DNA of 64,000 bases from IMGVR_UViG_3300032782_000001:372001-436000; one strand, 5' to 3'. Counted from the first letter of the stretch, positions 1 through 9,923 are shown. The notes: generated from the letters alone by a model not told the origin. Numbers and translations: made by a program.

Positions 1-1359
1 CCCGATGAGACCACGGGCCCACTCCTTGTCGGTAATCGGAACATCATCCGTACCGGACTTTACGGAGGGGAGATTTCCAGTGGCAACAGCGGGAACAGGT
101 GGAGTAGAAGATCCGAAATTAATCTTTTTATCCAAGGACGTAAGATTCTCGTCAGAACTGAATTTGACTCCGTCAATTTCAAGAACTTTGGACTTGATTT
201 GAGGAATAGGTTTAGTCGCATCTTTCTGTTTAGCAGGAGGGGTAACAGGAAGAGGAAGAGCAGGAAGAGCAGGAGCAGGAGCAGGAGGAGCAGCTGTTAA
301 AGGTTCTGCAACAATAGAACTCGGTTCACGATTCTGAGTAGGCCGAAATGTCGGTCCGGTAGTTAACAGGGCTGCTTCGATATCAAATGCAGTTGGTTTA
401 TCAAGCTGGATCAGGACACGGACCAATTCAGACCAACCATGTAGTCGGTATTGGAAAAATCGAGTGGCTACAGGATACGTAGGTTTTGCTCCAATGTCAA
501 ATCGCATAGCACTAGAAATAGCGGAAACCATCTGATCCCGAATCCAAGATGGACTCTGCACTGCCACCAAAGAATCCAAAGATTCGAAGGCCTTCCTCGG
601 ATTTTGATCGATAAGAGATAAAATCCTGTCTATAGCCGAATAGTCATCGAATCGAAAAAACTCATTGGCGGAAGCTATGGTAATTGGGCCGCGCACGGAC
701 ATAGTGCTGAGAGCCCTAATGCAAGTCCGTGGGCATGAGTCCAACATGCGAACAACAATTTTCAAAGCTTCCGGATCAGCTTCCAGAGATTCTTGAGTAC
801 AAACTTGATGCAAACGTGCGAGAATTTCTTCGGGAAGAGGTGGGTGTACTGGATATTCCTCTACTCGAGATCGAATAGGAGCTTTGATTTTATGAGGCTC
901 TGTAGTACAGAGAATGACAGTAAGAAGCCTGTCTTCCATTGCTTTCAATAAAGCGTCTTGAGCTTGCGAAGTGAGCCGCTGCGCCTCATCAATTAAATAA
1001 ATGCGCCGACTTCCTTCATATTCAGTATCTCGGATCATCTCACGGATTTTATCTACTGTTCCTTGAGAAGCCGCATCAAGTTCCTCAACATCTTGAGATG
1101 TCTCTTGTAAGACGGATATACACGCATCACACTCCCCGCATGGTTCCCCGTCTGAAAGATCAGTACAAAGAATGGCTCTCGCAACAACGCGAGCCAATGA
1201 TGTTTTTCCGCAGCCTTTTGGGCCGCCAAACATCATAGATTGATCCGTTAGGGTCCCGTCTCGACTTCGAGTAAGAAGAAGTTGTACGATTCCCTGATTT
1301 CCGAGGACCTGGCTGAATTTCCTTGGCCTATATTTGAGGTCCAGAGGTGTTCCGCTCAC
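1..1359 (-). CDS. dnaX: DNA polymerase III gamma/tau-like clamp-loader ATPase (3' end runs off the window; absent from the ORF track)
   Basis: Manual translation from GTG at 1359: MSGTPLDLKYRPRKFSQVLGNQ..., Walker A GPKGCGKT, Zn cluster CTD...PCGECDAC, ELDAAS, Walker B IYLIDEAQRL, DALLKAMED, CTTEPHKI, then a Pro/Ala-rich linker. The frame is open to base 1. Confidence 0.9.
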   Translation of the reverse strand, partial: MSGTPLDLKYRPRKFSQVLGNQGIVQLLLTRSRDGTLTDQSMMFGGPKGCGKTSLARVVARAILCTDLSDGEPCGECDACISVLQETSQDVEELDAASQGTVDKIREMIRDTEYEGSRRIYLIDEAQRLTSQAQDALLKAMEDRLLTVILCTTEPHKIKAPIRSRVEEYPVHPPLPEEILARLHQVCTQESLEADPEALKIVVRMLDSCPRTCIRALSTMSVRGPITIASANEFFRFDDYSAIDRILSLIDQNPRKAFESLDSLVAVQSPSWIRDQMVSAISSAMRFDIGAKPTYPVATRFFQYRLHGWSELVRVLIQLDKPTAFDIEAALLTTGPTFRPTQNREPSSIVAEPLTAAPPAPAPALPALPLPVTPPAKQKDATKPIPQIKSKVLEIDGVKFSSDENLTSLDKKINFGSSTPPVPAVATGNLPSVKSGTDDVPITDKEWARGLIG

Positions 1360-1379
1360 GAAGAATATTACACTAGGAA

Positions 1380-2204
1380 TCAGAGAAGTCGGAATTTGTC
1401 TTTAATATCAGATACGAGAGTTGTGAACTTAGACGTTGCTGTAATACCAGGATGCCATGCTAAGTCCATTGCTGCAAGGTCATACTGAAAACGGATCTTG
1501 GATCCCGGGATAGGGGTTCCTGACCCATCTCGATCACGACCAATCAACCATAACGTATCTGCGATCGCAGATACAGCAGTGATGTCATGAGCCACGACAA
1601 AAATCGTGTTGCGTTCGTCCATTAACGCAACTTGAGAAATGAGATCGCAAGTCTTGTCCTTCATGAGAGGATCGAGACCCGTGAATGGCTCATCCATCAC
1701 AATGAAATGTTCACTACACAATAATTGTTGGATAATAGCGACGCGCTGCCGTTGACCACCTGAGAGTTGAGAAGGATACTCCGAAGCCTTCTCTGTGAGT
1801 CCAAACCGTTCCAGCATTTCCAAAGACCGATCTCGGGCCTTCCCATCCTGATCATGTTGTGAAGCTGCAACCAAAAGATTCCCTAGAACAGTTCGATGAC
1901 GGAGAAGCGGATAATTTTGAGCTACTACCCCAACCAACCCAGCTTCGACAAGAATACTTTTTCCATCACCATTATTGATGGTTACGCTTCCCGATGTGGG
2001 AGCTTGAAGACCAGACATGATTCGTGAAAGTTGGGTCTTCCCGATGCCAGAAGGCCCAAGGATGCCTACAATCTGCCCTTGTGTGCAGCCAGGCCGAACG
2101 ATATCTCGAACTTCGGCTTTGACATTTTGTAATATCTGCTTATCTCCGAATTTCAAGCAGATATCATTGACGGAGACCAAAACATCTTTGATTTCGTAAT
2201 CCAT
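1380..2204 (-). CDS. ABC transporter ATP-binding subunit (NitT/TauT-like)
   Basis: Walker A GPSGIGKT, signature LSGGQRQR, Walker B IVMDEPF, switch VVAHD. Confidence 0.93.
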   Translation of the reverse strand: MDYEIKDVLVSVNDICLKFGDKQILQNVKAEVRDIVRPGCTQGQIVGILGPSGIGKTQLSRIMSGLQAPTSGSVTINNGDGKSILVEAGLVGVVAQNYPLLRHRTVLGNLLVAASQHDQDGKARDRSLEMLERFGLTEKASEYPSQLSGGQRQRVAIIQQLLCSEHFIVMDEPFTGLDPLMKDKTCDLISQVALMDERNTIFVVAHDITAVSAIADTLWLIGRDRDGSGTPIPGSKIRFQYDLAAMDLAWHPGITATSKFTTLVSDIKDKFRLL

Positions 2205-2216
2205 TTGTATCTCAAT

Positions 2217-2996
2217 TCATTGACGTTCCCACGTCAGTTCAGAATATGGGCAAAGTATTCGTTTGAGCCAAGCAATGCCCCAGTCTTGGAAGATTCCGAC
2301 AGCCAGCACGGTGAGTTGGAGAGCAGCAATAGATGCCAGGTGAAAATGCTTATTCTGATTGAGGAGCATGGTTCCGATGCCGCCTTCGGATCTACTAATG
2401 CCTTCCACCATCGTTAGCATCATCCATCCCATTGCCGCATTCTGTCTGAGGACTTCGAGCGAATAATCAGCACGCCCAAGTATCACGACTTCTAGAATCG
2501 CCCGCCATTCACCCATACGGAGGGTTCGAGCATGGTCGAATTCTTCTCTCGGAATACTAGCAACGACTTCCGCCATTGAAGTCATGAAGAACGTGCTCAT
2601 CCCGAAGACGAGCAGAGACACTTTAAGCCAGTGGCCAGCACCGAACATAAGGGTGAACAGCACAACAAACCCGGTCATCCCGAAGAAACGGGCTTTAGAA
2701 AATGCGGCTACGATAGGCCGCATCGCGGGAAGAACCGTCAGATACGCCATGCCGATGGAGAGAACAGAAGATATGATGAGCGCTTGAAGATTTGTCATGA
2801 AGCTCGAGTAAAGCTCGTAGACGAGACCGTCGTTGCGAAACATCTCCACCCACGCGCTCGCTACTTGAGCCGGCCTCGGGATGAGCTCAGAAGGATAGAA
2901 ACTCCATACGAGCAAAGCGAGCCCGACTTGGAATAGAACGATGAACAGAATGACCCGACTCGATACGGGTCTATTTGGGCGGAACGCGTCAATCAT
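2217..2996 (-). CDS. ABC transporter permease (NitT/TauT-like)
   Basis: Several hydrophobic segments; EAA-like loop EEFDHARTLRMG; LTMVEGISRSEGGIG resembles the SsuC/TauC-type motif; adjacent to the ATPase. Confidence 0.85.
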   Translation of the reverse strand: MIDAFRPNRPVSSRVILFIVLFQVGLALLVWSFYPSELIPRPAQVASAWVEMFRNDGLVYELYSSFMTNLQALIISSVLSIGMAYLTVLPAMRPIVAAFSKARFFGMTGFVVLFTLMFGAGHWLKVSLLVFGMSTFFMTSMAEVVASIPREEFDHARTLRMGEWRAILEVVILGRADYSLEVLRQNAAMGWMMLTMVEGISRSEGGIGTMLLNQNKHFHLASIAALQLTVLAVGIFQDWGIAWLKRILCPYSELTWERQ

Positions 2997-4795
2997 CAGT
3001 TCGACGTGCCGAGAACGATGACCACGCGACGATTCTTCGAACGACCGTCTTCGTTTGCATTGGATGCCACCGGGTCATTCTGACCATGCGGGACAACAGT
3101 GAAGCGGGAATCCGGAAAATTCGTACTGGATTGCTTCTCGAGCCACACCTTGACGGCGTTAGCACGCGCCTGGGAGAGCTTCATATTGTTACCAGGATCT
3201 CCGGTGTTGTCAGTGTGACCATGGATCTCAATAGCGAGCTCGTCGGCCACAAGAAGACCGTTCTTAAGTTGCTGGAGCTGGACCTGAGCACTGGGATCGA
3301 ATGAAGCAGAGCCCGTTTGGAAATTGATGCTCCAATTCCTCTTCGACACAACTTTGGTAACGGGACCGCCGGTGAATTTCGGCATGTCTGCCGTGGCAAC
3401 AGCTGCCGTAGTGGAGATCTTTGGCTTAATAGCCTTCACGAACGAGAGATTCAGAATATCATCCACCTTAGGATAGTTCGGAACCAGCTTCGGATATTGC
3501 TGAACGACGATATCACCAAACACAGTGTACGTCGCTGCAAAAACATTCGCAGACCCCTCTGATAGACCAAAGAGTTCCTCGAGGTCAGCGTAATTGCTGG
3601 CATAGGAACCACCAAGATTCACCTGGACACCAGTCTTGTCCGCTTCTGTAGCGCCTTTGTAATATTTCTCCCAGTATGCCGCGTCCTTCTCTTTATAGAC
3701 CTCCGCAGAAATCTTGGCTGCATGAGAAAGAGCAGCCGGGAAGGACCTGACTTGATCACCACCTTCGCAAATAGCGGCCAGCATACCGATGATTTCATCC
3801 TTGTTGGCAGCATCCCACTTGCGGATGCCAATGATGGCTGACGGCATTTGACTCCGGTATTCCCTGGTCGAGACAATAGATACGAGTCCACCTTTGTTTT
3901 GGGCAACATTCACATCGCCGGGAGTCCAAGTAACAACGGCATTGACACAAACGTGTTTCTTCTCACCTGTGAGCTTGCCGTTTTGCACGACCTTGCGATC
4001 CTCACAGGCCCCAGTAATGTACTTCTGACCTGCTTCAATGAAGTCCGTAGCGTTGACCCAATTGAGTGCGTCTGGGTCCCACGTAGTTTCATCCGGGTTA
4101 TTCTTGATACCGTTGTCACCAGCCCACTTCATGGCGATATTCCAATCACCATCACGAATAACGCCGGCCACCAAGCCGCCAACTGATACTTTCGGGTGGT
4201 CCCTCCAGTCAGCAGGTCCCATGAATTTATCTTCTCCGCGAGAGTATCCGGTAGATCCAATAATTTCGGCTTGATACTCCTTGCCGATCTTGGAAAGCTC
4301 AGCATTGACGCCAGCAAGGAATGCTGCAGTCCCATCACCCATCAAAACGAGGAAATGAACCCCCTGCGTGGGTTGAGCATTGGATTTAAGTCCATTGGCA
4401 AAAGCCATGAGGCTGGCTGTCATCTTATTCGTATCATCTTCGCGGATAATGGATAAGTTCACCTTGTGCTGATCCATCAGCGAACCTTCGGTAGTGCTGG
4501 CACCACCATTGGCGAACAACATACCCATTTGCGAGTTCCAAGCCATGACTTGCATGCGGATCTCGGGAGCTGAAGACTTTGCCACCTTGGTGCCGGGCAG
4601 TTGGACAGGTGACGATGCCACGATCGTATTCGAACTGCCGACCTGAGGAAGGTCGGCAATTTTCGGGACCTCGGATTTAGTAGACGGAGGGCCGATCAGA
4701 CCGCGGTCTGCCGCGCATTTGAACCCGGCCACGAGACCGGCAAAGATGGAAGCTGCGAGGATGACGCGTGGCAGGGTCTTGATCTTGGTGGACAT
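2996..4795 (-). CDS. ABC substrate-binding protein fused to a C-terminal OmpA-like peptidoglycan-binding domain
   Basis: N-terminal TM/signal segment; central periplasmic-binding-protein-like region; C-terminal INFQTGSASF...IEIHGHTDNTGDPGNNMKLSQARANAVK...GRSKNRRV (OmpA-C motifs). Confidence 0.85.
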   Translation of the reverse strand: MSTKIKTLPRVILAASIFAGLVAGFKCAADRGLIGPPSTKSEVPKIADLPQVGSSNTIVASSPVQLPGTKVAKSSAPEIRMQVMAWNSQMGMLFANGGASTTEGSLMDQHKVNLSIIREDDTNKMTASLMAFANGLKSNAQPTQGVHFLVLMGDGTAAFLAGVNAELSKIGKEYQAEIIGSTGYSRGEDKFMGPADWRDHPKVSVGGLVAGVIRDGDWNIAMKWAGDNGIKNNPDETTWDPDALNWVNATDFIEAGQKYITGACEDRKVVQNGKLTGEKKHVCVNAVVTWTPGDVNVAQNKGGLVSIVSTREYRSQMPSAIIGIRKWDAANKDEIIGMLAAICEGGDQVRSFPAALSHAAKISAEVYKEKDAAYWEKYYKGATEADKTGVQVNLGGSYASNYADLEELFGLSEGSANVFAATYTVFGDIVVQQYPKLVPNYPKVDDILNLSFVKAIKPKISTTAAVATADMPKFTGGPVTKVVSKRNWSINFQTGSASFDPSAQVQLQQLKNGLLVADELAIEIHGHTDNTGDPGNNMKLSQARANAVKVWLEKQSSTNFPDSRFTVVPHGQNDPVASNANEDGRSKNRRVVIVLGTSN

Positions 4796-4823
4796 ATGGT
4801 CTCCGTATTGGTCTCCGTATTAT

Positions 4824-5864
4824 TTATCGCTTGGATTTCGGGGAGTCAAAGAGATCCGAAAAAGAACTAGCTTCTGCGGACTCAGCTTCAGATTCAGCTT
4901 GGATTTCTTGAGGGTCGGAAGTGGACTGGATACGAACCTTGTTCGAAGACTGTTCGGAAGGAGAGATCAAAAGCTTGTCAGCCTTCTTCTCCCATTCTTC
5001 GAACTGATCCAGAGCATCTTGCTCATACACTCCGTTCTCGAGATCCATAGTCTTAATGAATCCTTCGGACATATCCATGAAGAGTTCGATCTCTCCAATC
5101 TTCATGGCGTAGTCATCAGCCAAGTGTTCCATGGCTTGATCAAACATTGCGCGCTGATCACCTTCACCTTGAAGAATTTTCCGTGCTGAAGTGAAGGCCC
5201 CGTAACTCGCCTTAATGGCCGCACGCTCCTGCGTTTTGACTTCAATCTCACCTTCAATATCCTGAACCGTGAATTGTGAAACCTCATAATATTTCTTCAT
5301 CGCCTTCGACATAGCTTGCATCTTATTGTAAAGAGCCTGCAAGGTAATGTTGGACTTCTGAAGCCGTCCAGCTTGCCGTGACTGCAGGATAAAAGCAGGT
5401 TTCATATCCGCTTTATCATGAGCTTGCTTGGCGATTTGAAGAGAATGAAGTCGATTGGCTTCGTTCTTGTCGATGATCCCCTTGAGTTTAACCATTTGGC
5501 CATTGAGACTGGCCATAGATTTCCTCATATCGTCAAGGCGCTTGTTAAGATCTTCTGCATATCCCTTTAGGATACCGATAGGATCAATTTCAATGATCAA
5601 CCCCGTGATGAATCGCATCAAAGACTTCCAGCCGTAGGAAGCCAAGGTTCGAATGCGCTTGTCCGATACCAAGAACACCAAAAATGCGATTGCAGCTGCA
5701 AGAGCTGCAGCATGCAGCGTGTTTGTCAACAGGATGACGATGAAAGGAAGAGCGACGTAAAGCCCCCATCCGAGTGCTCCAAGTAAGAGAGCCAAGAAGA
5801 GAATACTGGTCTTGCCTTCGGGGCGTTGGAAGAATGTCTTATTCTCAGGAGTGGTCATGATCAC
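4824..5864 (-). CDS. Two-TM membrane protein with a long PspA/IM30-like coiled coil
   Basis: Two N-terminal hydrophobic helices, then EIDPIGILKGYAEDLNKRLDDMRKS (resembles the PspA N-terminal DP..L....DM pattern) and heptad-rich helices. Confidence 0.55.
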   Translation of the reverse strand: MIMTTPENKTFFQRPEGKTSILFLALLLGALGWGLYVALPFIVILLTNTLHAAALAAAIAFLVFLVSDKRIRTLASYGWKSLMRFITGLIIEIDPIGILKGYAEDLNKRLDDMRKSMASLNGQMVKLKGIIDKNEANRLHSLQIAKQAHDKADMKPAFILQSRQAGRLQKSNITLQALYNKMQAMSKAMKKYYEVSQFTVQDIEGEIEVKTQERAAIKASYGAFTSARKILQGEGDQRAMFDQAMEHLADDYAMKIGEIELFMDMSEGFIKTMDLENGVYEQDALDQFEEWEKKADKLLISPSEQSSNKVRIQSTSDPQEIQAESEAESAEASSFSDLFDSPKSKR

Positions 5865-6532
5865 ACCTTCCCGAAGGTGGCAAGTTTGTTCCGCCTATCA
5901 GTGAGTTGAGCATGGACAACTTGATACGCTGCCACGAATCCTTCCTTCACTGAAGTAATTTTCTGCTCATCAGCAGTCAGCGCGGCCGATTCTGCATCTC
6001 GTTGTTCCGACAAGCGCGAAATATCGGATTGAAGTTGCTGAATTTGCTCGTGTTTGGTTTTAATCTGAGTATCGAGTGACTCTATGGTCGCTTGACGACC
6101 ACCGACCTTGCGCTTGAGCTGCGCTTGAGTCTCGTCTTCGAATTCGCGGCCCTTCTGTTCGAGGATGCCGATGCATTTATCAAAATCACCAAGAAGAATT
6201 TCGACAGAATGGCCGTGTTTGGCCGCAAGCTTCATAGCGGCCTTCCAACGCGCCGATTCATCAGGAATCGAGTCTGCAAGAGTAGAAAGAGTGTCTTGAA
6301 GTTCCACATATCCGGGAGGAGCCGAAGACTCGATAGCAGCTTCAAGACGCTTCCGAGCTGCTCCATCATCAACAGAATGAATAATGGCGGGATGGGATTC
6401 TACATGTTGAGGCGCAGGAGTACCTGTCGGCGCTTCCGGATGTCCTTCCGGGACTTCTTCAACGAATGCTCCTTTGACAGAAGCCCAAATACTCTTTTTC
6501 TCACCCTTTCCAACAGGTTGGTCCATGTCCAT
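5861..6532 (-). CDS. Coiled-coil protein, first gene of the ABC/PspA-like operon
   Basis: Stop overlaps the next start (ATGA); heptad-rich C-terminal half; GAGGA RBS before the ATG. Confidence 0.7.
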   Translation of the reverse strand: MDMDQPVGKGEKKSIWASVKGAFVEEVPEGHPEAPTGTPAPQHVESHPAIIHSVDDGAARKRLEAAIESSAPPGYVELQDTLSTLADSIPDESARWKAAMKLAAKHGHSVEILLGDFDKCIGILEQKGREFEDETQAQLKRKVGGRQATIESLDTQIKTKHEQIQQLQSDISRLSEQRDAESAALTADEQKITSVKEGFVAAYQVVHAQLTDRRNKLATFGKV

Positions 6533-6589
6533 ATCCTCGATCGAACGTTTGCTCGTCCGAGGGACACATTACACCAACGTTCTCGGCAT

Positions 6590-6799
6590 TTACGTGTGCA
6601 TAATATTCCGAACCAGTGATAAATTGCAGTCGTCAATCAGATTGTGAAGTTTTTTGGAATGATTCCATGCCTGGTCAAATGTCTTATGAACAAGAACATA
6701 CCAAACCCATTGGTCGCCACAGTTGGGACACGAACAGAGGGTTCTAGTTTGAATAAGAACGAAAAACTCCCACTCGTGGGGTACTATTTTTGAAGGCAC
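6590..6799 (-). CDS. Small hypothetical protein with CSCPNC
   Basis: 69-aa ORF co-oriented with neighbours; Cys cluster. Confidence 0.35.
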   Translation of the reverse strand: MPSKIVPHEWEFFVLIQTRTLCSCPNCGDQWVWYVLVHKTFDQAWNHSKKLHNLIDDCNLSLVRNIMHT

Positions 6800-7281
6800 T
6801 TGGCAATCTCAACCAAACCTTCGTTCCACTGACCATTCCTCTCCGCCACTTCTGGGAATTCTTGTACTTCCGGGGGCCGGATACTCCACTTCATTTCTCC
6901 CGTCTTTTCGTCTTCTACGCCCACACATCGGGTCAAAAGATGATCAATGAGAGCAACCCGTTGATTCGGATTGAGGGGATTCCAAACATCAAGCGCAACT
7001 TCGAGAACGAAATCCGTTTGAACAAGGTGTTCAAACTTGCCGGACATCTTATAGACATTCCCGGCAACAGGATTTCCTCCGCGCTTGGAAGCTTTGCTAC
7101 GGCAAATATATCGGAATCTGGCATGAGCAAGCTCCGGATGGAATTTCGGAATAAGTTTGGAAGCAATCTGTTCTGCTGCTTCTGAATCACCAAACAGAAC
7201 TTTTTCCGGTACTTTCCGTTCCCGCTTGGAGCGGACTGCATCATTTTCATTCCCACTGTTCACGCTATTCACATGCGACAT
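6784..7281 (-). CDS. Putative phage metallopeptidase-like protein with a degenerate HExxH
   Basis: Start moved to ATG 7281 after GAGGG. DFVLEVALDVWNPLNPNQRVALIDHLLTRC and ...PPEVQEFPEVAERNG match the family pattern, whose usual HELxH reads HLLTR here. Confidence 0.6.
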   Translation of the reverse strand: MSHVNSVNSGNENDAVRSKRERKVPEKVLFGDSEAAEQIASKLIPKFHPELAHARFRYICRSKASKRGGNPVAGNVYKMSGKFEHLVQTDFVLEVALDVWNPLNPNQRVALIDHLLTRCVGVEDEKTGEMKWSIRPPEVQEFPEVAERNGQWNEGLVEIAKCLQK

Positions 7282-7288
7282 TTTTCCC

Positions 7289-8095
7289 TCACGCAGCAAG
7301 ACGGAACCGACGAGCAAATCCACTGTCTCCGACCTTTTTCCAAAGATCTCCCGGGTCCTTGTCTTTTGGACCAAGACACGGATATTTTACGTCGACCACA
7401 CTGTCGAAAAACGAACCATGGTGTTGAATAAAGTCACGGACACCTTTCCGTCCAGCTGAATCCATGTCTAAGCATAATACGACACGCTTCACGAACCTAC
7501 GTAAAAAACGTACTTGAGCGATGCTGGGGGAGCTCGTAGTAATCCCAATCACATTTGGAACTACAAGTCGTTCAATAATGAGATGGTCCCCAGGACCTTC
7601 TACGAGCCAAGCTTCTTTAGAAGACCAAATAGAACTAATACTGGAAGTAATTCCGAAGAAATAACCTTCTGGCCTACGTGAGACCATGAAACTGTCGTAA
7701 CTCTTCTCCGCGAGAGACCGAAGTTGGAAGCCAATGGCTGCTCCCGTGTAACTCGTCAGAGGGAATACAACATGATTCAAAATCCGGCGCCCTACAAACT
7801 GTTGCTTGGGAGCCCCATCTTCGACAATCTCCCATTTAGATGACCACCGTCGATATCGACAACTATCACACCACGCATGAGAAGAATCTCTATCGGAACA
7901 AATGGTTCCATGTCCAGGATTTTTGGACGGGTCTACATCAAATTCTCCGATGGTATACCCGAGACGATGCCTAGTCCATTGATCAGCACTAATTCCACGA
8001 CCTCGAAGATACTCTTGAGCTTCTTCACTTTGAAGAAGTCCTTGGTGGGACCAGTCAAGGAAATCGTCAACGAAGCTCAAGACAAAATAGGACAA
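7289..8095 (-). CDS. dnaG: DnaG-like DNA primase catalytic/TOPRIM domain without an N-terminal Zn-binding domain
   Basis: AQEYLRGRGIS...RLGY; VVFPLTSYTGAAIGFQLRSL; WLVEGPGD; LCLDMDSAGRKG (TOPRIM DxD); KDKDPGDL. Confidence 0.85.
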   Translation of the reverse strand: MSYFVLSFVDDFLDWSHQGLLQSEEAQEYLRGRGISADQWTRHRLGYTIGEFDVDPSKNPGHGTICSDRDSSHAWCDSCRYRRWSSKWEIVEDGAPKQQFVGRRILNHVVFPLTSYTGAAIGFQLRSLAEKSYDSFMVSRRPEGYFFGITSSISSIWSSKEAWLVEGPGDHLIIERLVVPNVIGITTSSPSIAQVRFLRRFVKRVVLCLDMDSAGRKGVRDFIQHHGSFFDSVVDVKYPCLGPKDKDPGDLWKKVGDSGFARRFRLAA

Positions 8096-8700
8096 AGCCC
8101 GATACCGGACTTAACGTTATGTAATAGGATACTCGTGTTGCCGCCCATGAACTGAGTATACATACCGACCATGTCAGGCCGCGAGAGGAACACGGGAAAA
8201 CTGACTTTGGAAGAAGTGATACGGCAACATTTTTTATATTTCAGGGTTGATTCTTTCAAACGAAACCATTTCCGAACAGTTGATTCCGACCAAGAATCAG
8301 GGACAAGGCAAACATGAGGTTGGGACTTCACACCACTCTGCCTCTGAACATAATCAAATGCAGCGGAAGCAGCATCCTTCCCTTGGAAAACATTTGGCCA
8401 TTTTTCTTCCATGGACAATTCTAGAGCTGCCGTCATCATGGGTCCAATAATGTCGTCCAGTCTATCTGGATCGTGTTCAAAAACCCCCGCCACAATCCCA
8501 CCACCCTGGAGAGGAACCAAGTTACCAAATTTTTGACCAGGTTTAGAAATCCAACGAATAGGGATGAATTTACCGCGACTAGTCGAAATAATAGCAGGCA
8601 GATGAGACTCTTTAGCAGGAGTCTCAATTACCGCTGGAATGGCAGAAACCCCTTTACGAGTTCGATGTAGATCGTGCTCGAGAATCTGCAAAAGAATCAC
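8077..8700 (-). CDS. Hypothetical protein
   Basis: 207-aa ORF packed in the replication operon. Confidence 0.6.
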   Translation of the reverse strand: MILLQILEHDLHRTRKGVSAIPAVIETPAKESHLPAIISTSRGKFIPIRWISKPGQKFGNLVPLQGGGIVAGVFEHDPDRLDDIIGPMMTAALELSMEEKWPNVFQGKDAASAAFDYVQRQSGVKSQPHVCLVPDSWSESTVRKWFRLKESTLKYKKCCRITSSKVSFPVFLSRPDMVGMYTQFMGGNTSILLHNVKSGIGLCPILS

Positions 8701-9278
8701 TAGACCTCGTTATCATCCCATAGGTTTTCCGGGAGTTCCGGCACGGGAGGGTCCTTTTCCATGGGAGCCGGACGATTTCGGATCCGAGAGAACCAGAGAC
8801 TCAAACGTTCCAAAATTGTCAAAGGATGGCTAGCAACGCGATCATCAAGAACCCATTGGAGAGCAGCAATATCACGGAAGTTATCATAGACATACTCATC
8901 GTCTTCGAGTTTTTCCATGAATTGTCGGCGAGCCTCTTCTTCGCCGACTTTGGCTTGGAAGTATTTGCAAGATTTAGCTATATCATCATTATCGCAAATA
9001 TCGCCACTCCAAGTAGATGGATTTTGTGAACCATACATACACAGACGAGTAGGAACCTGATCTTGGAGAACCACGAGCGTTACACTCTTGCGAGGAGAAC
9101 GCTCATATTCAATTTCAGGAACTCCGTTCCTTGAGTATTTCAAAGGAGAGAGGTTGGGCTGCTCGTGGTTATAAGTACAGTTACGGTGGCATCTCGCTTG
9201 AGATTCCTTTACGTGCTGCTTTGCATACCTGAGTCGAAGGTTCCGCAGCCGTCGGGAAATGGCTTCTTGAGACTTCAC
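8700..9278 (-). CDS. Hypothetical Cys-containing protein with a C-terminal hydrophobic patch
   Basis: 192-aa ORF in the operon; CHRNC and C...C...C...C residues. Confidence 0.6.
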   Translation of the reverse strand: MKSQEAISRRLRNLRLRYAKQHVKESQARCHRNCTYNHEQPNLSPLKYSRNGVPEIEYERSPRKSVTLVVLQDQVPTRLCMYGSQNPSTWSGDICDNDDIAKSCKYFQAKVGEEEARRQFMEKLEDDEYVYDNFRDIAALQWVLDDRVASHPLTILERLSLWFSRIRNRPAPMEKDPPVPELPENLWDDNEV

Positions 9279-9284
9279 CGAATC

Positions 9285-9923
9285 TCACCGTACGGTCTGA
9301 CGCCTGTGAAGACGTAAACTGTCCTCTTTACGAGCTTCGTAGGAAATGTGTGCGTGGTTGAGAAATTCGTCGTTGTGCGTCACCATAAGAATATTGACGC
9401 CCATTTCCTCTGCGAGTTGTCGCATGAAACTTCCGGCATACGGAACATAATGATTCGCAAGAGCATGCATCGATTCATCAAGGATGAGTAAATTGCCCAT
9501 CCCAGTACGAGCCATGATGGCTAAACGAAGAATGAGAGAAGCCACCAATACAGGGCCCCCACCGAAATTCGTAAGGGGATTGCCTTCTACATTGTCTTTA
9601 GTGCTTTCAATCGTAAATCTCATAGACAAGCGGTTATGCTTCATCTCTTGGCGAATGCGGAAGACAAGAGATTGATCATAAATCACGTGTGAAAGACCCG
9701 TCGTCACAAGTTGTGACATGGAGTCTACATTCTTACGAAGGGAATCTTCAAGCCACGATTTGAATACTTCCGAGCACTTCTGATCTAACTCAGCTTTATA
9801 TTTGAGATTATCAATTTCAGCTTCTTCATTTGAAATTTGAGTACGCAGAAGTTCTCTGTAAACAGAAAGTTTTTGAATTCCTTCCTTTACTTTCGCCATT
9901 CGTTCGATATCTGCGGAATTCAT
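9285..9923 (-). CDS. SbcC/Rad50-like ATPase, C-terminal half only
   Basis: Coiled coil, then signature-like NFGGG and Walker B LLILDESMHAL, plus ILMVTH. No Walker A. Confidence 0.75.
   Translation of the reverse strand: MNSADIERMAKVKEGIQKLSVYRELLRTQISNEEAEIDNLKYKAELDQKCSEVFKSWLEDSLRKNVDSMSQLVTTGLSHVIYDQSLVFRIRQEMKHNRLSMRFTIESTKDNVEGNPLTNFGGGPVLVASLILRLAIMARTGMGNLLILDESMHALANHYVPYAGSFMRQLAEEMGVNILMVTHNDEFLNHAHISYEARKEDSLRLHRRQTVR

Noticed and set aside
5-202. 65-aa plus-strand ORF
   Set aside because: Antisense to the dnaX frame; no motif.
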